Shown: positions 31,027 through 41,145, counted from the first letter of the stretch. The stretch: DNA of 64,000 bases from an uncultured Clostridia bacterium (GCA_964441745.1 CAYTYR010000009.1:1-64000); one strand, 5' to 3'. Numbers and translations are program-made. Notes: generated from the sequence alone by a model not told the origin.

Positions 31027-31932
31027 ATGAAAATAATTAAAACCATCAGTATCCTATTTCATCTTCTGTTGATAGCCAACCTGGCCTTGGCCGGAGCTGG
31101 CACGACTGGGGGAGTGATTTTGAAGGAATCCCTGGGTGCGCGCAGTCTGGCCATGGGCGATGCGTTCACTGCCGTAGCCAGCGGCCCGGAAACCATCTTC
31201 TGGAACCCGGCGGGACTTGGTACGATGAATAATGCTGAAGTTAGCGCCATGTACTTCAAGGAGATCGCCGATATGGGTTTAATGTCCATTCAGTATGCCC
31301 AGCCCTTGGCTGAATACGGCACTGCCGGTATAGCCATCGAAAGTTTCTCTGCCGGCGAGATGGAACTCAATTACCTGGATGGCACTTCTAAATCAGTCAA
31401 GGCCCAGCAGGATTTTGTCGTGAATTTGGCCTATGGCAAAGAAGTTCTCGAAAAATTTTCAGCCGGCGCCAACCTGAAATATCTCAGCAGTACCTTGGCT
31501 GAGGCTGAATCAGCCAGTACTGTGGCTATTGACGTGGGATGTTTATACCGGTTACCGCAGATAGAGGGGGTATCCTTAGGACTCGCACTGCAGAACATTG
31601 GCGGCGGGATGAAGTATATCGAAGAAGAAGACCCGTTATCCTTTACCATCAGGGCCGGGGCTGCCTATACCAAGGCTCTGCCGAACAATGCCTTGACTGT
31701 CTCTGGAGACCTCAGCAAACCCCAAGAACTATCCACCCGGTTCAACCTGGGAGCTGAATATGTCTACAACCAGGTCATGGCTATCCGTGCCGGTTACAAG
31801 TTCGGCTATGATGTTGATACCTTTACCGCCGGCTTCGGCATGAAGATCAGCCGCTACAACCTGGATTACGCCTTCGCTCCGAAAGGGGACCTCGGCGATA
31901 ATCATCGGATATCCCTGGGTGTAAAGTTCTAG
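31027..31932 (+). CDS. PorV/PorQ-like (UPF0164) outer-membrane barrel protein
   Basis: GARSLAMGDAFTA...FWNPAGL and a C-terminal HRISLGVKF beta-signal; likely start 31027 after GAGGA. Confidence 0.85.
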   Translation: MKIIKTISILFHLLLIANLALAGAGTTGGVILKESLGARSLAMGDAFTAVASGPETIFWNPAGLGTMNNAEVSAMYFKEIADMGLMSIQYAQPLAEYGTAGIAIESFSAGEMELNYLDGTSKSVKAQQDFVVNLAYGKEVLEKFSAGANLKYLSSTLAEAESASTVAIDVGCLYRLPQIEGVSLGLALQNIGGGMKYIEEEDPLSFTIRAGAAYTKALPNNALTVSGDLSKPQELSTRFNLGAEYVYNQVMAIRAGYKFGYDVDTFTAGFGMKISRYNLDYAFAPKGDLGDNHRISLGVKF

Positions 31933-31981
31933 CATGAATACCTGGAAATAGTCCACCGCAGTAATAATTATCTAAAACCTG

Positions 31982-32012
31982 AGCACGGGAATATTCTTCC
32001 CGTGCTTTTTTT
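31982..32012 (+). terminator. intrinsic terminator
   Basis: AGCACGGGAA-tattc-TTCCCGTGCT followed by a T run. Confidence 0.9.
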
Positions 32013-32026
32013 ATTTGCCTTTTTGC

Positions 32027-32055
32027 TTGATTTTTGTGGTGATAATACCTATAAT
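32027..32055 (+). promoter_or_regulatory. sigma70-type promoter
   Basis: TTGATT-17bp-TATAAT, 8 nt before ATG 32064. Confidence 0.6.
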
Positions 32056-32063
32056 AATTAAAT

Positions 32064-33395
32064 ATGAAAATGAAATTAATTTTTACTACGCTACTAATTA
32101 TTCTGCTCATTCCTGTTTCTCTAATTGCGGACGATCTCTTCGCTGGCTTAGAACAGCATCATCTTGATAATGGCATGACTGTGCTGTTATTGCCAGACAC
32201 AGCCAAGCCCATTGTTTCAGTCCAGATCTGGCTCAAGACAGGCGTATTGAATGAAACGCCGGAGAACAACGGCATCTCCCATTTTATCGAGCATATGCTG
32301 TTCAAGGGCACTGCCACCAGGCCAGTCAATTCCATCCAACGGGCAGTAGAATCAAAAGGCGGGATGCTCAACGGAGCAACCGGCAAAGATTTTACCTATT
32401 ACTATATCAATGTGCCCAGTGATTACTGGTATGAAGCAGTCAGTATCCTCGCGGATATGGTCCAGAATGCCAGTTTCAACGCCATTGAATTAGAAAAAGA
32501 ACGGCTGGTCGTACTTGAAGAGATCCAGAGGCAGAATGATGAACCGCATGCCTATCTCTGGAATAAGTTCAATGAAGCTATCTTTAAACAATCTGCATAC
32601 CGCTTGCCAACACTGGGGACCACCGACAATATTAAGTCTTTCAGCCGGGAAACGTTACTGCAGTTCTACGCTAAAAACTATAAGCCCGTGAATATGACCG
32701 TGATCTTATCCGGTGATTTTCCCCAAGAGGAAGCGCTGGAAAAGGTCAAAGAATTATTCCCGGTTTCTGTTAATGCCAAGCCCGTCGTCAAAAAAACCTC
32801 ACCAGTCATAATAGAGTCCTACGACGATCCTTTTCCCCATAAGATCGAATTACCGTTCAAAGTCAACCTGGTTTACCATGTGATCGGATTCCTGGGACCG
32901 GCTATTAACAGCAAAGACCAATATGCCCTGGATCTTTTGTCGGTAATGTTAGGGCAAGGCCGTTCCAGCCGCCTGAATGAATCCCTGCGCGAGGAAAAGC
33001 AATTGGTATACAATATCAGCAGTAGTTTTATGAGCCAGAGAGGGAACGGCATTTTTCTGGTCGACTCCATCTATCCGCCTAATCGGATCCCGGAAGTGAC
33101 CAACGCCATTACCGCGGAGATCAGCAGGTTTAGGATTGCTGAAGTGAGCGATGAAGAAATGGCAAAAGCTAAACAGATGCTGGTGGCAGGTTTTATACTG
33201 GATAATCAAACATCGGCCGATAAAGCCAATACCTTAGGGTACTACGCCAGCATCGCTAAAGTACCATATGCCTTGAAATACCTGGAGGAGATCAACAGCG
33301 TATCGAAAGAAGATATAACCCGGGTAGCCAAGAAGTATTTGGGGTATAATTACACCTCCCTATTATTACTGCCGGAAATGAGGGGAAATAATTGA
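32064..33395 (+). CDS. M16 zinc peptidase, catalytic subunit
   Basis: Signal peptide, HFIEHMLFKGT (HxxEH) and SSRL motifs. Confidence 0.92.
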   Translation: MKMKLIFTTLLIILLIPVSLIADDLFAGLEQHHLDNGMTVLLLPDTAKPIVSVQIWLKTGVLNETPENNGISHFIEHMLFKGTATRPVNSIQRAVESKGGMLNGATGKDFTYYYINVPSDYWYEAVSILADMVQNASFNAIELEKERLVVLEEIQRQNDEPHAYLWNKFNEAIFKQSAYRLPTLGTTDNIKSFSRETLLQFYAKNYKPVNMTVILSGDFPQEEALEKVKELFPVSVNAKPVVKKTSPVIIESYDDPFPHKIELPFKVNLVYHVIGFLGPAINSKDQYALDLLSVMLGQGRSSRLNESLREEKQLVYNISSSFMSQRGNGIFLVDSIYPPNRIPEVTNAITAEISRFRIAEVSDEEMAKAKQMLVAGFILDNQTSADKANTLGYYASIAKVPYALKYLEEINSVSKEDITRVAKKYLGYNYTSLLLLPEMRGNN

Positions 33396-34732
33396 AACAG
33401 TTTCTATCCTTCTTTTTACTGATTATGCTTCTGGGCCAGCCGGCAATCGCGGCCACAGTTAATGCTCCGGCCAAAACTGTTTTTCCCAATGGGCTGACGC
33501 TCATTCATCAGTACGAACCAGCCAGCGAAGTGATAGCTCTGGACTTATTCGTTAAAGCCGGAGCTTTGGAAGAAGATGAAAAACAGGCTGGCATTGCCAA
33601 TTTCATTCAACAGCTTCTTTATAAAGGCACCTCTGCGCGTTCCGCCAAACAAATCGCTTTAGAGACCGAATCATTAGGCACAGCTATTATTGGCTCCTGC
33701 ACTGAAGATTATGCGCTGGTTAGCGCTGCTGTTTTTAAAAATTATTTTAAACCCCTGAGTGATGTTTTTTTTGACTGTGTTTTGAATCCGACTTTCCCCC
33801 AGGAAGAAGTTGAAAAAGAAAAAGCCAGCATACTGGCAGCCCTCCGGACACGGGAAGATTCAATCTTTACGGTCTCACTCGACCTGCTGCACGAAGAAAT
33901 GTATGGCGAACATCCCTACCATAAACCTGTGATCGGATATAAGAAGACGATACAGAATATTACCCGGAACCAGGTCATGGACTTCTACGATCAGTATTAC
34001 CGTCCGGAAAATATGATCCTGGTCATAGTCGGCAATATAGACAAAAAAAGCATTATTAAATTGTTAGAAGGATATTTTCCGGCATTGGAAACTGAATATT
34101 TACCTATGCCGGCTTTGCATGCTGCGCCAGCCAAACCAGGCCGTTTTCAGATCAAGGAAGTGACTAATGAGACCAAGTTCAAACAAGCCTATTTAATGTA
34201 CGGATACCTGGTGCCGGCTGTAGTATCCCAGGATTATCCGGTTTTCAAGATCATTTCCTCATTGCTTGGCGGGGGAATGAATTCACGGCTTTTTGTCAAT
34301 TTGCGGGAGCGGCAAGGATTGGCCTATGAGCTGGATTCTTTCTATCCATCACGTCTCTTTACCAGCACGCTGTGCATGTATCTTGGCTTAAGCGTTTTTA
34401 ACCTGGAGCAAGCACAGGAATCCATCATGAAAGAGATTGAAATACTTAAAACCGTCCCGGTCCCGGAAGAAGAATTGAATAGCGTTAAAACCTACCTGGC
34501 CGGTCAATACCTGTTGAGTCATCAGACTAACCAGAGTATCGCCTTTTACCTTGGATTTTACGAACTCTTGCAAAAGGGGTACGAATATGACAGCCAGTAT
34601 CTGGCTGACCTGAAAGCCGTCACTGCCAAAGATATAAGCCGGGTAGCCAATGCATTTTTGAACGATAACAATTTAACCAAAATCCAACTACTTCCACCGT
34701 TAGATTCACATTCTGGAGGCAAAAGTGAATAA
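33392..34732 (+). CDS. M16 peptidase, non-catalytic partner subunit
   Basis: HxxEH replaced by NFIQQ; GGGMNSRLF...LRERQGLAY present. Confidence 0.88.
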   Translation: MKQFLSFFLLIMLLGQPAIAATVNAPAKTVFPNGLTLIHQYEPASEVIALDLFVKAGALEEDEKQAGIANFIQQLLYKGTSARSAKQIALETESLGTAIIGSCTEDYALVSAAVFKNYFKPLSDVFFDCVLNPTFPQEEVEKEKASILAALRTREDSIFTVSLDLLHEEMYGEHPYHKPVIGYKKTIQNITRNQVMDFYDQYYRPENMILVIVGNIDKKSIIKLLEGYFPALETEYLPMPALHAAPAKPGRFQIKEVTNETKFKQAYLMYGYLVPAVVSQDYPVFKIISSLLGGGMNSRLFVNLRERQGLAYELDSFYPSRLFTSTLCMYLGLSVFNLEQAQESIMKEIEILKTVPVPEEELNSVKTYLAGQYLLSHQTNQSIAFYLGFYELLQKGYEYDSQYLADLKAVTAKDISRVANAFLNDNNLTKIQLLPPLDSHSGGKSE

Positions 34733-36383
34733 GAAAATAATCTTTATCCTGTTGTCTATTATTCTTATTGGCGGAGCGGTTTTTTACTTTCTCCATAATC
34801 CCAGCAAACAAATTGCTGAGCAAAAATTACCGGCAGATAATGAGCCAGCTTTCGGGGATAGTATTATTTACGGCTCTATTGGAGAACCGAGCATCTTAAA
34901 CCCGATCCTGGCCTCTGACAGTTCTTCCTTCGATATTATCGACCTGGTATATAATGGCCTGGTAAAATATGATAAAGACATTAAACTAGTCGGGGATCTG
35001 GCTGAAACATGGGACATCTCCAAAGACGGGCTGACCATTACCTTCTTTTTACGTAAAAACATTAAGTGGCATGACGGCGCTCCTTTCACGAGTGCGGATG
35101 TGCTCTTTACCTACCAGAAACTGATCGATCCCGGTATCAAAACGCCTTTTTCCAGTAATTTCCAGCTGGTATCCAAGGTAGAAGCCCCGGATCCGTACAC
35201 GGTCATTATCAGGTATAAAGAGCCCTTTGCCCCGGCCCTGGAATCATGGGGCATGGGGATCCTGCCAAAGCACATTTTAGGCACCATGAAAGCAGAAGAA
35301 TTTAATAAATGCGCCTTTAACCGTTCTCCAGTCGGGACCGGGCCATATAAATTCAAGGAATGGCTCACCGGCCAAAAAGTAGTATTGGAATCAAATCCGG
35401 ATTATTTCGAAGGCCGGCCCTATATTGATAAATATATTTACCAGATCATTCCTGACCAGTCAGTCCAGCTGCTTTCATTGAAAACCCATGCTATCGACAT
35501 GATGAGCCTAACCGCAGATATCTATATCAAGGAAACCAGCAGCCCGGAGTTCGCGCAAGGTGTCAATAGTTTCCGTTATCCGTCCTTCAGCTATACCTAT
35601 TTAGCTTATAATCTTAATAATCCGCTTTTTAAAAATACCCGCTTGACCAGGCAGGCTCTTAGTTACGCTATTAACCGCCAGGAAATTATCGACGGCACGC
35701 TGCAATCCATGGGCACTATTTGCACCGGGCCGTTCCCTAATCGCTCCTGGGCTTATAATCCTGAAGTTAAAGCCTATGATTACAATCCAGACAAGGCCAG
35801 GGCCATGCTGGCTGGCCTTGGCTGGAAAGACACCAATGGCGACGGTTACCTGGAAAGGGGCGGCAAGAAATTTGAATTCACCATCCTTACTAACCAAGGC
35901 AATAAAGAACGGGAATTAGCCGCCACCATCATCCAGGAACAGCTGAAAAAGATCGGGATCAAGGTAAACGTGCGGATATTGGAGTGGAGCACTTTGATCC
36001 ACCAATATATGGATAAAAAGAATTTTGAGGCCATACTTTTAGGCTGGAATATGACCCCTGACCCTGATTGTTTTGATATCTGGTCCTCGGAAAAGACCAA
36101 AGAAGGTGAATACAATTTTATCTCCTATAAAAATCCCCAGGTGGATATCCTGTTAAATCTTGGACGAAAAACTTTTGACCAGGCAGAACGCATGAAGATC
36201 TACCACCAGGTGCATGCGTTAATAGCTGAAGACCAGCCGTATGCTTTTCTTTATGTGCGGGATTCCCTGATCGGGGTGGATAAACGTTTCCAGGGGATCA
36301 AGGTTGAGCCTATCGGCATCGGTTATAATTTTAATAAGTGGTTTGTACCTAAAGCCCAGCAGAAATATACTCTGCAACACTAA
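34725..36383 (+). CDS. peptide ABC transporter substrate-binding protein (family 5)
   Basis: LNPILASD, DLAETW, WHDGAPFTSADV and PVGTGPY motifs. Confidence 0.92.
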   Translation: MNKKIIFILLSIILIGGAVFYFLHNPSKQIAEQKLPADNEPAFGDSIIYGSIGEPSILNPILASDSSSFDIIDLVYNGLVKYDKDIKLVGDLAETWDISKDGLTITFFLRKNIKWHDGAPFTSADVLFTYQKLIDPGIKTPFSSNFQLVSKVEAPDPYTVIIRYKEPFAPALESWGMGILPKHILGTMKAEEFNKCAFNRSPVGTGPYKFKEWLTGQKVVLESNPDYFEGRPYIDKYIYQIIPDQSVQLLSLKTHAIDMMSLTADIYIKETSSPEFAQGVNSFRYPSFSYTYLAYNLNNPLFKNTRLTRQALSYAINRQEIIDGTLQSMGTICTGPFPNRSWAYNPEVKAYDYNPDKARAMLAGLGWKDTNGDGYLERGGKKFEFTILTNQGNKERELAATIIQEQLKKIGIKVNVRILEWSTLIHQYMDKKNFEAILLGWNMTPDPDCFDIWSSEKTKEGEYNFISYKNPQVDILLNLGRKTFDQAERMKIYHQVHALIAEDQPYAFLYVRDSLIGVDKRFQGIKVEPIGIGYNFNKWFVPKAQQKYTLQH

Positions 36384-36387
36384 GGCA

Positions 36388-36510
36388 AATACTAATATCG
36401 AATATCTAAACTCTAAACAATATCAAATGTTCAAAATACAAAAGTTACAATGTTTAAGGAATTAGTATTTAGAAATTGTTTAGGATTTCGATATTAGAAT
36501 TTCGAATTTG
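36388..36510. repeat. family D inverted heptamer arrays
   Basis: ctaatat cgaatat ctaaact ctaaaca ... taggatt tcgatat tagaatt tcgaatt; similar to 9788-9911. Confidence 0.75.
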
Positions 36511-36523
36511 TAGTCAGGATATT

Positions 36524-37048
36524 ATGGGAGAGATCAGGAAAGTTAAAAAGGTAAAACTAATAGTAGGGATGATTGCCGGCCAGGAATTGCTCTTTAAGCA
36601 AGCAGTTAAACATTTTGAAAAAGCGTATGGGCCAATTGACTTTACCAGCGATATAGCGCCATTCGATAAAACATCATATTATGAGCAGGAAATGGGCCAA
36701 GGCCTGCAGCGACAGTTCATTTCGTTTAGCAAGCTGATCCTGCCGGACAAACTGGTGCAGGTCAAGAGATTCACCAATGAATTGGAATTTAAGCTGACAA
36801 AAAACAGGCAAAAACGCACTATTAATCTTGACCCGGGATATCTGGAATATGGCAAGCTGGTACTAGCTACGACCAAAGACCATCAGCACCGTCTTTACCT
36901 GGGCCAAGGAATTTTCGGGGAAGTAACCTTACGGTATAGTAATGGATCGTTTAGTCCCTGGGAATGGACTTATCCGGATTACGCCACACCAGCATATATT
37001 AATATTTTTAACCAGATCAGAAAGCTTTACCAACAGCAATTGAAGTAA
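36524..37048 (+). CDS. DUF4416-family protein
   Basis: TSYYEQEMG, RTINLDPGY, LATTK...HRLYL and WTYPDY motifs; ATG 36524. Confidence 0.85.
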   Translation: MGEIRKVKKVKLIVGMIAGQELLFKQAVKHFEKAYGPIDFTSDIAPFDKTSYYEQEMGQGLQRQFISFSKLILPDKLVQVKRFTNELEFKLTKNRQKRTINLDPGYLEYGKLVLATTKDHQHRLYLGQGIFGEVTLRYSNGSFSPWEWTYPDYATPAYINIFNQIRKLYQQQLK

Positions 37049-37150
37049 GGTGTAGGTTTTAGAAGTAGGTATGGAAGTATGTCTAAGGTACTTGGTTTGG
37101 ACCTAAGACTATAGCCAAATGGCCATACTGGCATCCACAACCTGTAACCA
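37049..37150. repeat. family B intergenic element
   Basis: ggtgtaggttttagaagtaggtatggaagtatgtct...cctaagact. Confidence 0.7.
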
Positions 37151-37176
37151 TAGACATATTCTATTAGGAGGTATAA

Positions 37177-37866
37177 GTGAAGATCGGTTTTGTGGGATTT
37201 GATTTAAAAGAAGGCAAAATAAAATACGAAGATGAACGGTTCAAGAAGATGGTGGAAAAATACGAGCCGCAAAAAGAAACCCCGTTCTTTGCCGAGTTCG
37301 TCAAAGACGAAATGCTTAACGTAGATGCTATCCTGATCAAGTATGAAAAACTGCTTGATCTGCTGATCCAGGATATAGAAAAGATCGAAGGCCGGCTGGC
37401 CAAAACCCAGGATGAAAAAGAAAAGGCCTTATTGCTGAAATGTCAGGAAGCCCTGGAACTGGAACAGCCTTTATGCAATGTCCTTTTTGACGCTGAGGAA
37501 ACCACGATCATGCGCGGCCTGGCTCCGCTCAGCTGGAAACCAACCTATGTCGCCTCTAAGCTGGAGGATACTAATTTATTTATCCAACAAGTATTGCATA
37601 AAGCCCGGATCCTCTTTTTTTACACAGTAGGGAAAAAGGAAGTCCATGCCTGGCCTTTCCGGGAAGGCAGTACGATCGTGGAATGCGCCGGCGAAATACA
37701 TACTGACCTGGCCCGCGGCTTCATCAGAGCCGACATTGTCAGCTATGAAGATCTGATGCAGTGCCATAATCTGCAGGAAGCTAAAACCAAAGGTGTAATG
37801 AAAACAGTGGGCAAGGAATATCTGACTCATGATGGCGATATTATTGAAATTAAATTTAACGTTTAA
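37177..37866 (+). CDS. short YchF-like protein (DUF933/TGS C-terminal domain, no P-loop)
   Basis: FYTVGKKEVHAW, AGEIHTDLARGFIRA and GKEYLTHDGDIIEIKFNV; no GxxxxGKS/T. Confidence 0.8.
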   Translation: MKIGFVGFDLKEGKIKYEDERFKKMVEKYEPQKETPFFAEFVKDEMLNVDAILIKYEKLLDLLIQDIEKIEGRLAKTQDEKEKALLLKCQEALELEQPLCNVLFDAEETTIMRGLAPLSWKPTYVASKLEDTNLFIQQVLHKARILFFYTVGKKEVHAWPFREGSTIVECAGEIHTDLARGFIRADIVSYEDLMQCHNLQEAKTKGVMKTVGKEYLTHDGDIIEIKFNV

Positions 37867-37873
37867 TTTTATT

Positions 37874-37904
37874 CTATACGCTAAACGCTACCCGCTATCC
37901 GCTA
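37874..37904. repeat. family A heptamer array, reverse orientation
   Basis: ctatacg ctaaacg ctacccg ctatccg cta; its reverse complement matches 16414-16444 at 29/31. Confidence 0.85.
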
Positions 37905-37920
37905 AATACGGAGGTAATAT

Positions 37921-38265
37921 ATGACTGATTGCCTGTTCTGCAAGATCATTGATAAAAAGATACCGGCTAAAATTGCCTATGAAGACGATAAAGTACTGGC
38001 TTTCCACGATATCAACCCGCAGGCCCCGATTCATATTTTAATTATCCCTAAAAAGCATATTGCCTCGGTCAGCGATTTACTTGACCAGGATAGCGCGATC
38101 ATTGGCTATCTGCATCTGATCGCCAAAAAACTGGCCAAAGAAATGAAAATTGAGGAATCAGGGTTTCGTCTGGTGATCAACAACGGGAACGATGCCGGGC
38201 AAGCTGTAGCGCACATTCATTTGCATTTGATCGGCGGCAGGTTGATGCAATGGCCCCCAGGATGA
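37921..38265 (+). CDS. HIT-family nucleotide-binding protein
   Basis: DCLFCKII, FHDINPQAP and HIHLH motifs. Confidence 0.95.
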   Translation: MTDCLFCKIIDKKIPAKIAYEDDKVLAFHDINPQAPIHILIIPKKHIASVSDLLDQDSAIIGYLHLIAKKLAKEMKIEESGFRLVINNGNDAGQAVAHIHLHLIGGRLMQWPPG

Positions 38266-38486
38266 TCATAAATATACGAGTAATACCCAGGGCCAAAAAA
38301 AACCTGGTCAAACTAGAACCAGGCCGTTTAAAGGTATATCTCACGGCTCCGCCGCAGGACGGCAAAGCCAACAAGTTATTAATTGAAGTACTGGCTGAAC
38401 ACTTTCAGGTAAAAAAGAAACAGGTCCTTATCATCCGTGGAGAAAAATCACAAGACAAGATCGTAAAAATAGCGGATAGCGTGTAG
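38262..38486 (+). CDS. DUF167 / YggU-family protein
   Basis: VIPRAK and TAPPQDGKAN motifs; ATGA overlap with the HIT gene. Confidence 0.9.
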   Translation: MIINIRVIPRAKKNLVKLEPGRLKVYLTAPPQDGKANKLLIEVLAEHFQVKKKQVLIIRGEKSQDKIVKIADSV

Positions 38487-38493
38487 CGTATAG
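38470..38493. repeat. family A heptamer array supplying the DUF167 stop codon
   Basis: tagcgga tagcgtg tagcgta tag. Confidence 0.8.
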
Positions 38494-38519
38494 AAAATAT
38501 CAGAATAAGGAGAATAGAT

Positions 38520-38981
38520 ATGCTACTAGATAAAATTGAAGCTGATTTAAAAGACGCCATGAGGGCGAAGGATACCCTTAAAACCGATACTCTCAGGATG
38601 TTCAAATCAGCTTTAAATTATTACCAGATAGAGAAACAGCTGAAGGAATTAACTGATGAAGATGCCCTGAATATCCTGCAAAAGCAAGCTAAACAGCGTA
38701 AAGAGGCAATCGCCGGTTTTGAAAGCGGCGGACGCACCGAAGCTGCGGAGAAAGAAAAAAAAGAACTAGCCATACTGGAAAATTATCTGCCCAAGCAGGC
38801 GAGTGCCGCAGAAGTCAAAAAGATCATTATTGACACTATTGCTGAAGTCGGAGCTATGAACAAGAAAGATTTTGGCAAGGTGATGAAGGCAGTGACCGGC
38901 AAACTGAAAGGACAGGCTGATGGAAAAGTTATTAGCCAGATTGTTAACGAAGAGCTGGCCAAAAAAGAAAGTTCACAATAA
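38520..38981 (+). CDS. GatB/YqeY domain protein
   Basis: DLKDAMRAKD, KQRKEAI, YLPKQ, GKVM and ADGK motifs. Confidence 0.93.
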   Translation: MLLDKIEADLKDAMRAKDTLKTDTLRMFKSALNYYQIEKQLKELTDEDALNILQKQAKQRKEAIAGFESGGRTEAAEKEKKELAILENYLPKQASAAEVKKIIIDTIAEVGAMNKKDFGKVMKAVTGKLKGQADGKVISQIVNEELAKKESSQ

Positions 38982-38996
38982 ATACTTGGAGTTAAC

Positions 38997-39980
38997 ATGC
39001 AGGAACTAAAGATATACGGAGCTGCAGTTAAAGTTATCCAGGGTGATATTACGGCCCTGACAGTTGACGCTATCGTGAACGCAGCTAATAACAAACTGGT
39101 CATGGGTGGCGGGTTAGCCGGAGTTATCCGCCAAAAGGGCGGCCAGCAGATTGAAGATGAAGCAGTCAGCAAAGGGCCAATCGAAATTGGTGCTGCTGTC
39201 GCGACTAAAGCCGGTACCCTGAAGGCCAAATATGTCATTCACGCCGTTACAGTGGGAATGCCTGCCCTCCGCAGCCTTGGCGCAGGAGGGGATTTTAAAA
39301 CCGATGAATTTAAGATCAGGGAATCCTGCAAAAATGCTTTGCTGATAGCTAATGAACTCAAGTTAAGCTCAATTGCCTTACCAGCTTTAGGTTGTGGCGT
39401 AGGCCATTTCCCGCTGGTTGGCGCGGCTAAGATCATGGCCCAGGAAACTCTCAGGCACTTACGGGAAGTTAAAACTACTTTAAAAGAGATCATCTTCTGT
39501 TTATACGACCAGAAAGCATTTGATATTTTTGAGCGGAACGCCATGGGGTACTTGGACTATATCGAGAACCAGTTGCAAAGTCCTTTTGCCACAGTCGATA
39601 CGATCATTGATATTAATGAGGCCGTGGTTCTCATTAAAAGAACGAATCCACCTTTTGGTTGGGCCATTCCCGGCGGATTTGTGGATTATGGCGAATCCTT
39701 GGAAGATGCTGCCGGGAGAGAAGCCCTGGAAGAAACTTCTCTTCAAGTGGACAATCTCCAACAGTTCCATACTTATTCAGATCCGAAACGCGATCCTCGT
39801 TTTCATACCATTTCTACGGTCTTTACTGCTACTGCCACCGGCACACCTAAAGCAGATAGCGATGCGGCAGATGTTAAATTATTCAAGGAAGAAGACCTGC
39901 CGGAGCAAATGGCCTTTGATCATCGGCAGATATTGCGTGATTACTTCAGTTCTAAAAATAGAAAAAGGACATCAGGATAG
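38997..39980 (+). CDS. macrodomain-NUDIX hydrolase fusion
   Basis: GDIT...DAIVNAAN...MGGG (macro); [28 protein letters not shown] and AFDH (NUDIX). Confidence 0.9.
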   Translation: MQELKIYGAAVKVIQGDITALTVDAIVNAANNKLVMGGGLAGVIRQKGGQQIEDEAVSKGPIEIGAAVATKAGTLKAKYVIHAVTVGMPALRSLGAGGDFKTDEFKIRESCKNALLIANELKLSSIALPALGCGVGHFPLVGAAKIMAQETLRHLREVKTTLKEIIFCLYDQKAFDIFERNAMGYLDYIENQLQSPFATVDTIIDINEAVVLIKRTNPPFGWAIPGGFVDYGESLEDAAGREALEETSLQVDNLQQFHTYSDPKRDPRFHTISTVFTATATGTPKADSDAADVKLFKEEDLPEQMAFDHRQILRDYFSSKNRKRTSG

Positions 39981-40120
39981 CAGGGGAACAGGGAGTGGAT
40001 ACCAGGAAACCAGGATATCAGGAAGTGCCTGATACCCTGACCTGTACTCCCTGTATTGATTTCGATAGAAATCAAGGGGGTATAAACTTCACCCTGATCA
40101 CCTGATTACCTGATACCCTG
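39970..40120. repeat. inverted octamer arrays (AYCAGGAW / CCTGATHM) with a 42-nt hairpin insert
   Basis: accaggaa accaggat atcaggaa ... cctgatca cctgatta cctgatac; insert at 40041-40082. Confidence 0.75.
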
Positions 40121-40132
40121 CTAAGGATCAGC

Positions 40133-41104
40133 ATGCTCAATTACCTTGCCCGCCGACTCTTATTCATGATACCTCTATTGCTGGGTATTACCATCATTAC
40201 CTTTGTCATTATCCATCTTTCCCCTGGACGTCCTACTGATGCCCTCACTTATGGTAATCCTAAGCTTGGTACTGACACCCGCACCAGGTTGGAAGCCCTG
40301 TACGGCCTGGACAAACCCTTACCAGTACAGTACTGGCACTGGCTCACCCGGTTAGTCAAACTTGATTTTGGCATTTCCTTTAACGATAACCGCCCGGTCA
40401 TGAAAAAGATCTGGGAACGCCTGCCAGCCACTATCTTGCTAAACACTCTGGCTTTATTAGTCATCTTTATCGTCGCTATTCCTTTGGGAGTATTGTCGGC
40501 AGCCAAAAGGGACACGGCTTTTGATAAAACTGTGACTGTGGCTTCATTTATTGCCTATGCCATGCCCACATTTTGGCTGGCGCTATTATTAATGATGTTG
40601 TTCGGCGTATATTGGCGCATCTTGCCGCTGGGGGGCATGTATTCGGCAAACTATGATTATTTACCAGCAGGGAAAAAAGCTTTAGACTTGCTCTGGCATT
40701 TGATCCTGCCGGTATTTGTCTCTGCTTTTGGCGGCTTTGCTTCCATTACCAGATATAGCCGCTCCCAGATGCTGGAAGTACTGAACCAGGATTATATCCG
40801 TACCGCCAGGGCCAAAGGATTACCAGAATACAAAGTGATCTACAAACACGCCTTAAGAAACGCTCTCTTGCCAATAATTACCCTGCTGGGATTATCTCTG
40901 CCGGGATTGATCGGCGGCGGCGTAATATTTGAAACGATATTTTCCTGGCCAGGCATGGGGCGTTTAGGCTGGGAAGCAGTGATGAGCCGGGATTACCCGG
41001 TCATCATGGGGGTAGGCGTCTTAAGCGCAATCCTGACCTTAGTGGGCAATTTGATAGCTGATATTATGTATGCCTACGCTGACCCCAGAATAAGGTATAA
41101 ATAG
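40133..41104 (+). CDS. peptide ABC transporter permease (OppB/DppB type)
   Basis: [24 protein letters not shown] and ADPRI motifs. Confidence 0.93.
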   Translation: MLNYLARRLLFMIPLLLGITIITFVIIHLSPGRPTDALTYGNPKLGTDTRTRLEALYGLDKPLPVQYWHWLTRLVKLDFGISFNDNRPVMKKIWERLPATILLNTLALLVIFIVAIPLGVLSAAKRDTAFDKTVTVASFIAYAMPTFWLALLLMMLFGVYWRILPLGGMYSANYDYLPAGKKALDLLWHLILPVFVSAFGGFASITRYSRSQMLEVLNQDYIRTARAKGLPEYKVIYKHALRNALLPIITLLGLSLPGLIGGGVIFETIFSWPGMGRLGWEAVMSRDYPVIMGVGVLSAILTLVGNLIADIMYAYADPRIRYK

Positions 41105-41111
41105 GAAAGAT

Positions 41112-41145
41112 AGTGGTAAAGTGATAGAGCGGTAGAGTAATAAAG
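41112..41145. repeat. short octamer array
   Basis: agtggtaa agtgatag agcggtag agtaataa. Confidence 0.5.

Noticed and set aside
33392-34732. Second M16 peptidase as a pseudogene
   Set aside because: The ORF is intact, and an HxxEH-less partner is normal for heterodimeric M16B peptidases.
36476-36523. N-terminal extension MFRISILEFRICSQDI of the DUF4416 gene
   Set aside because: It is a translation of the heptamer array. ATG 36524 is the likelier start.
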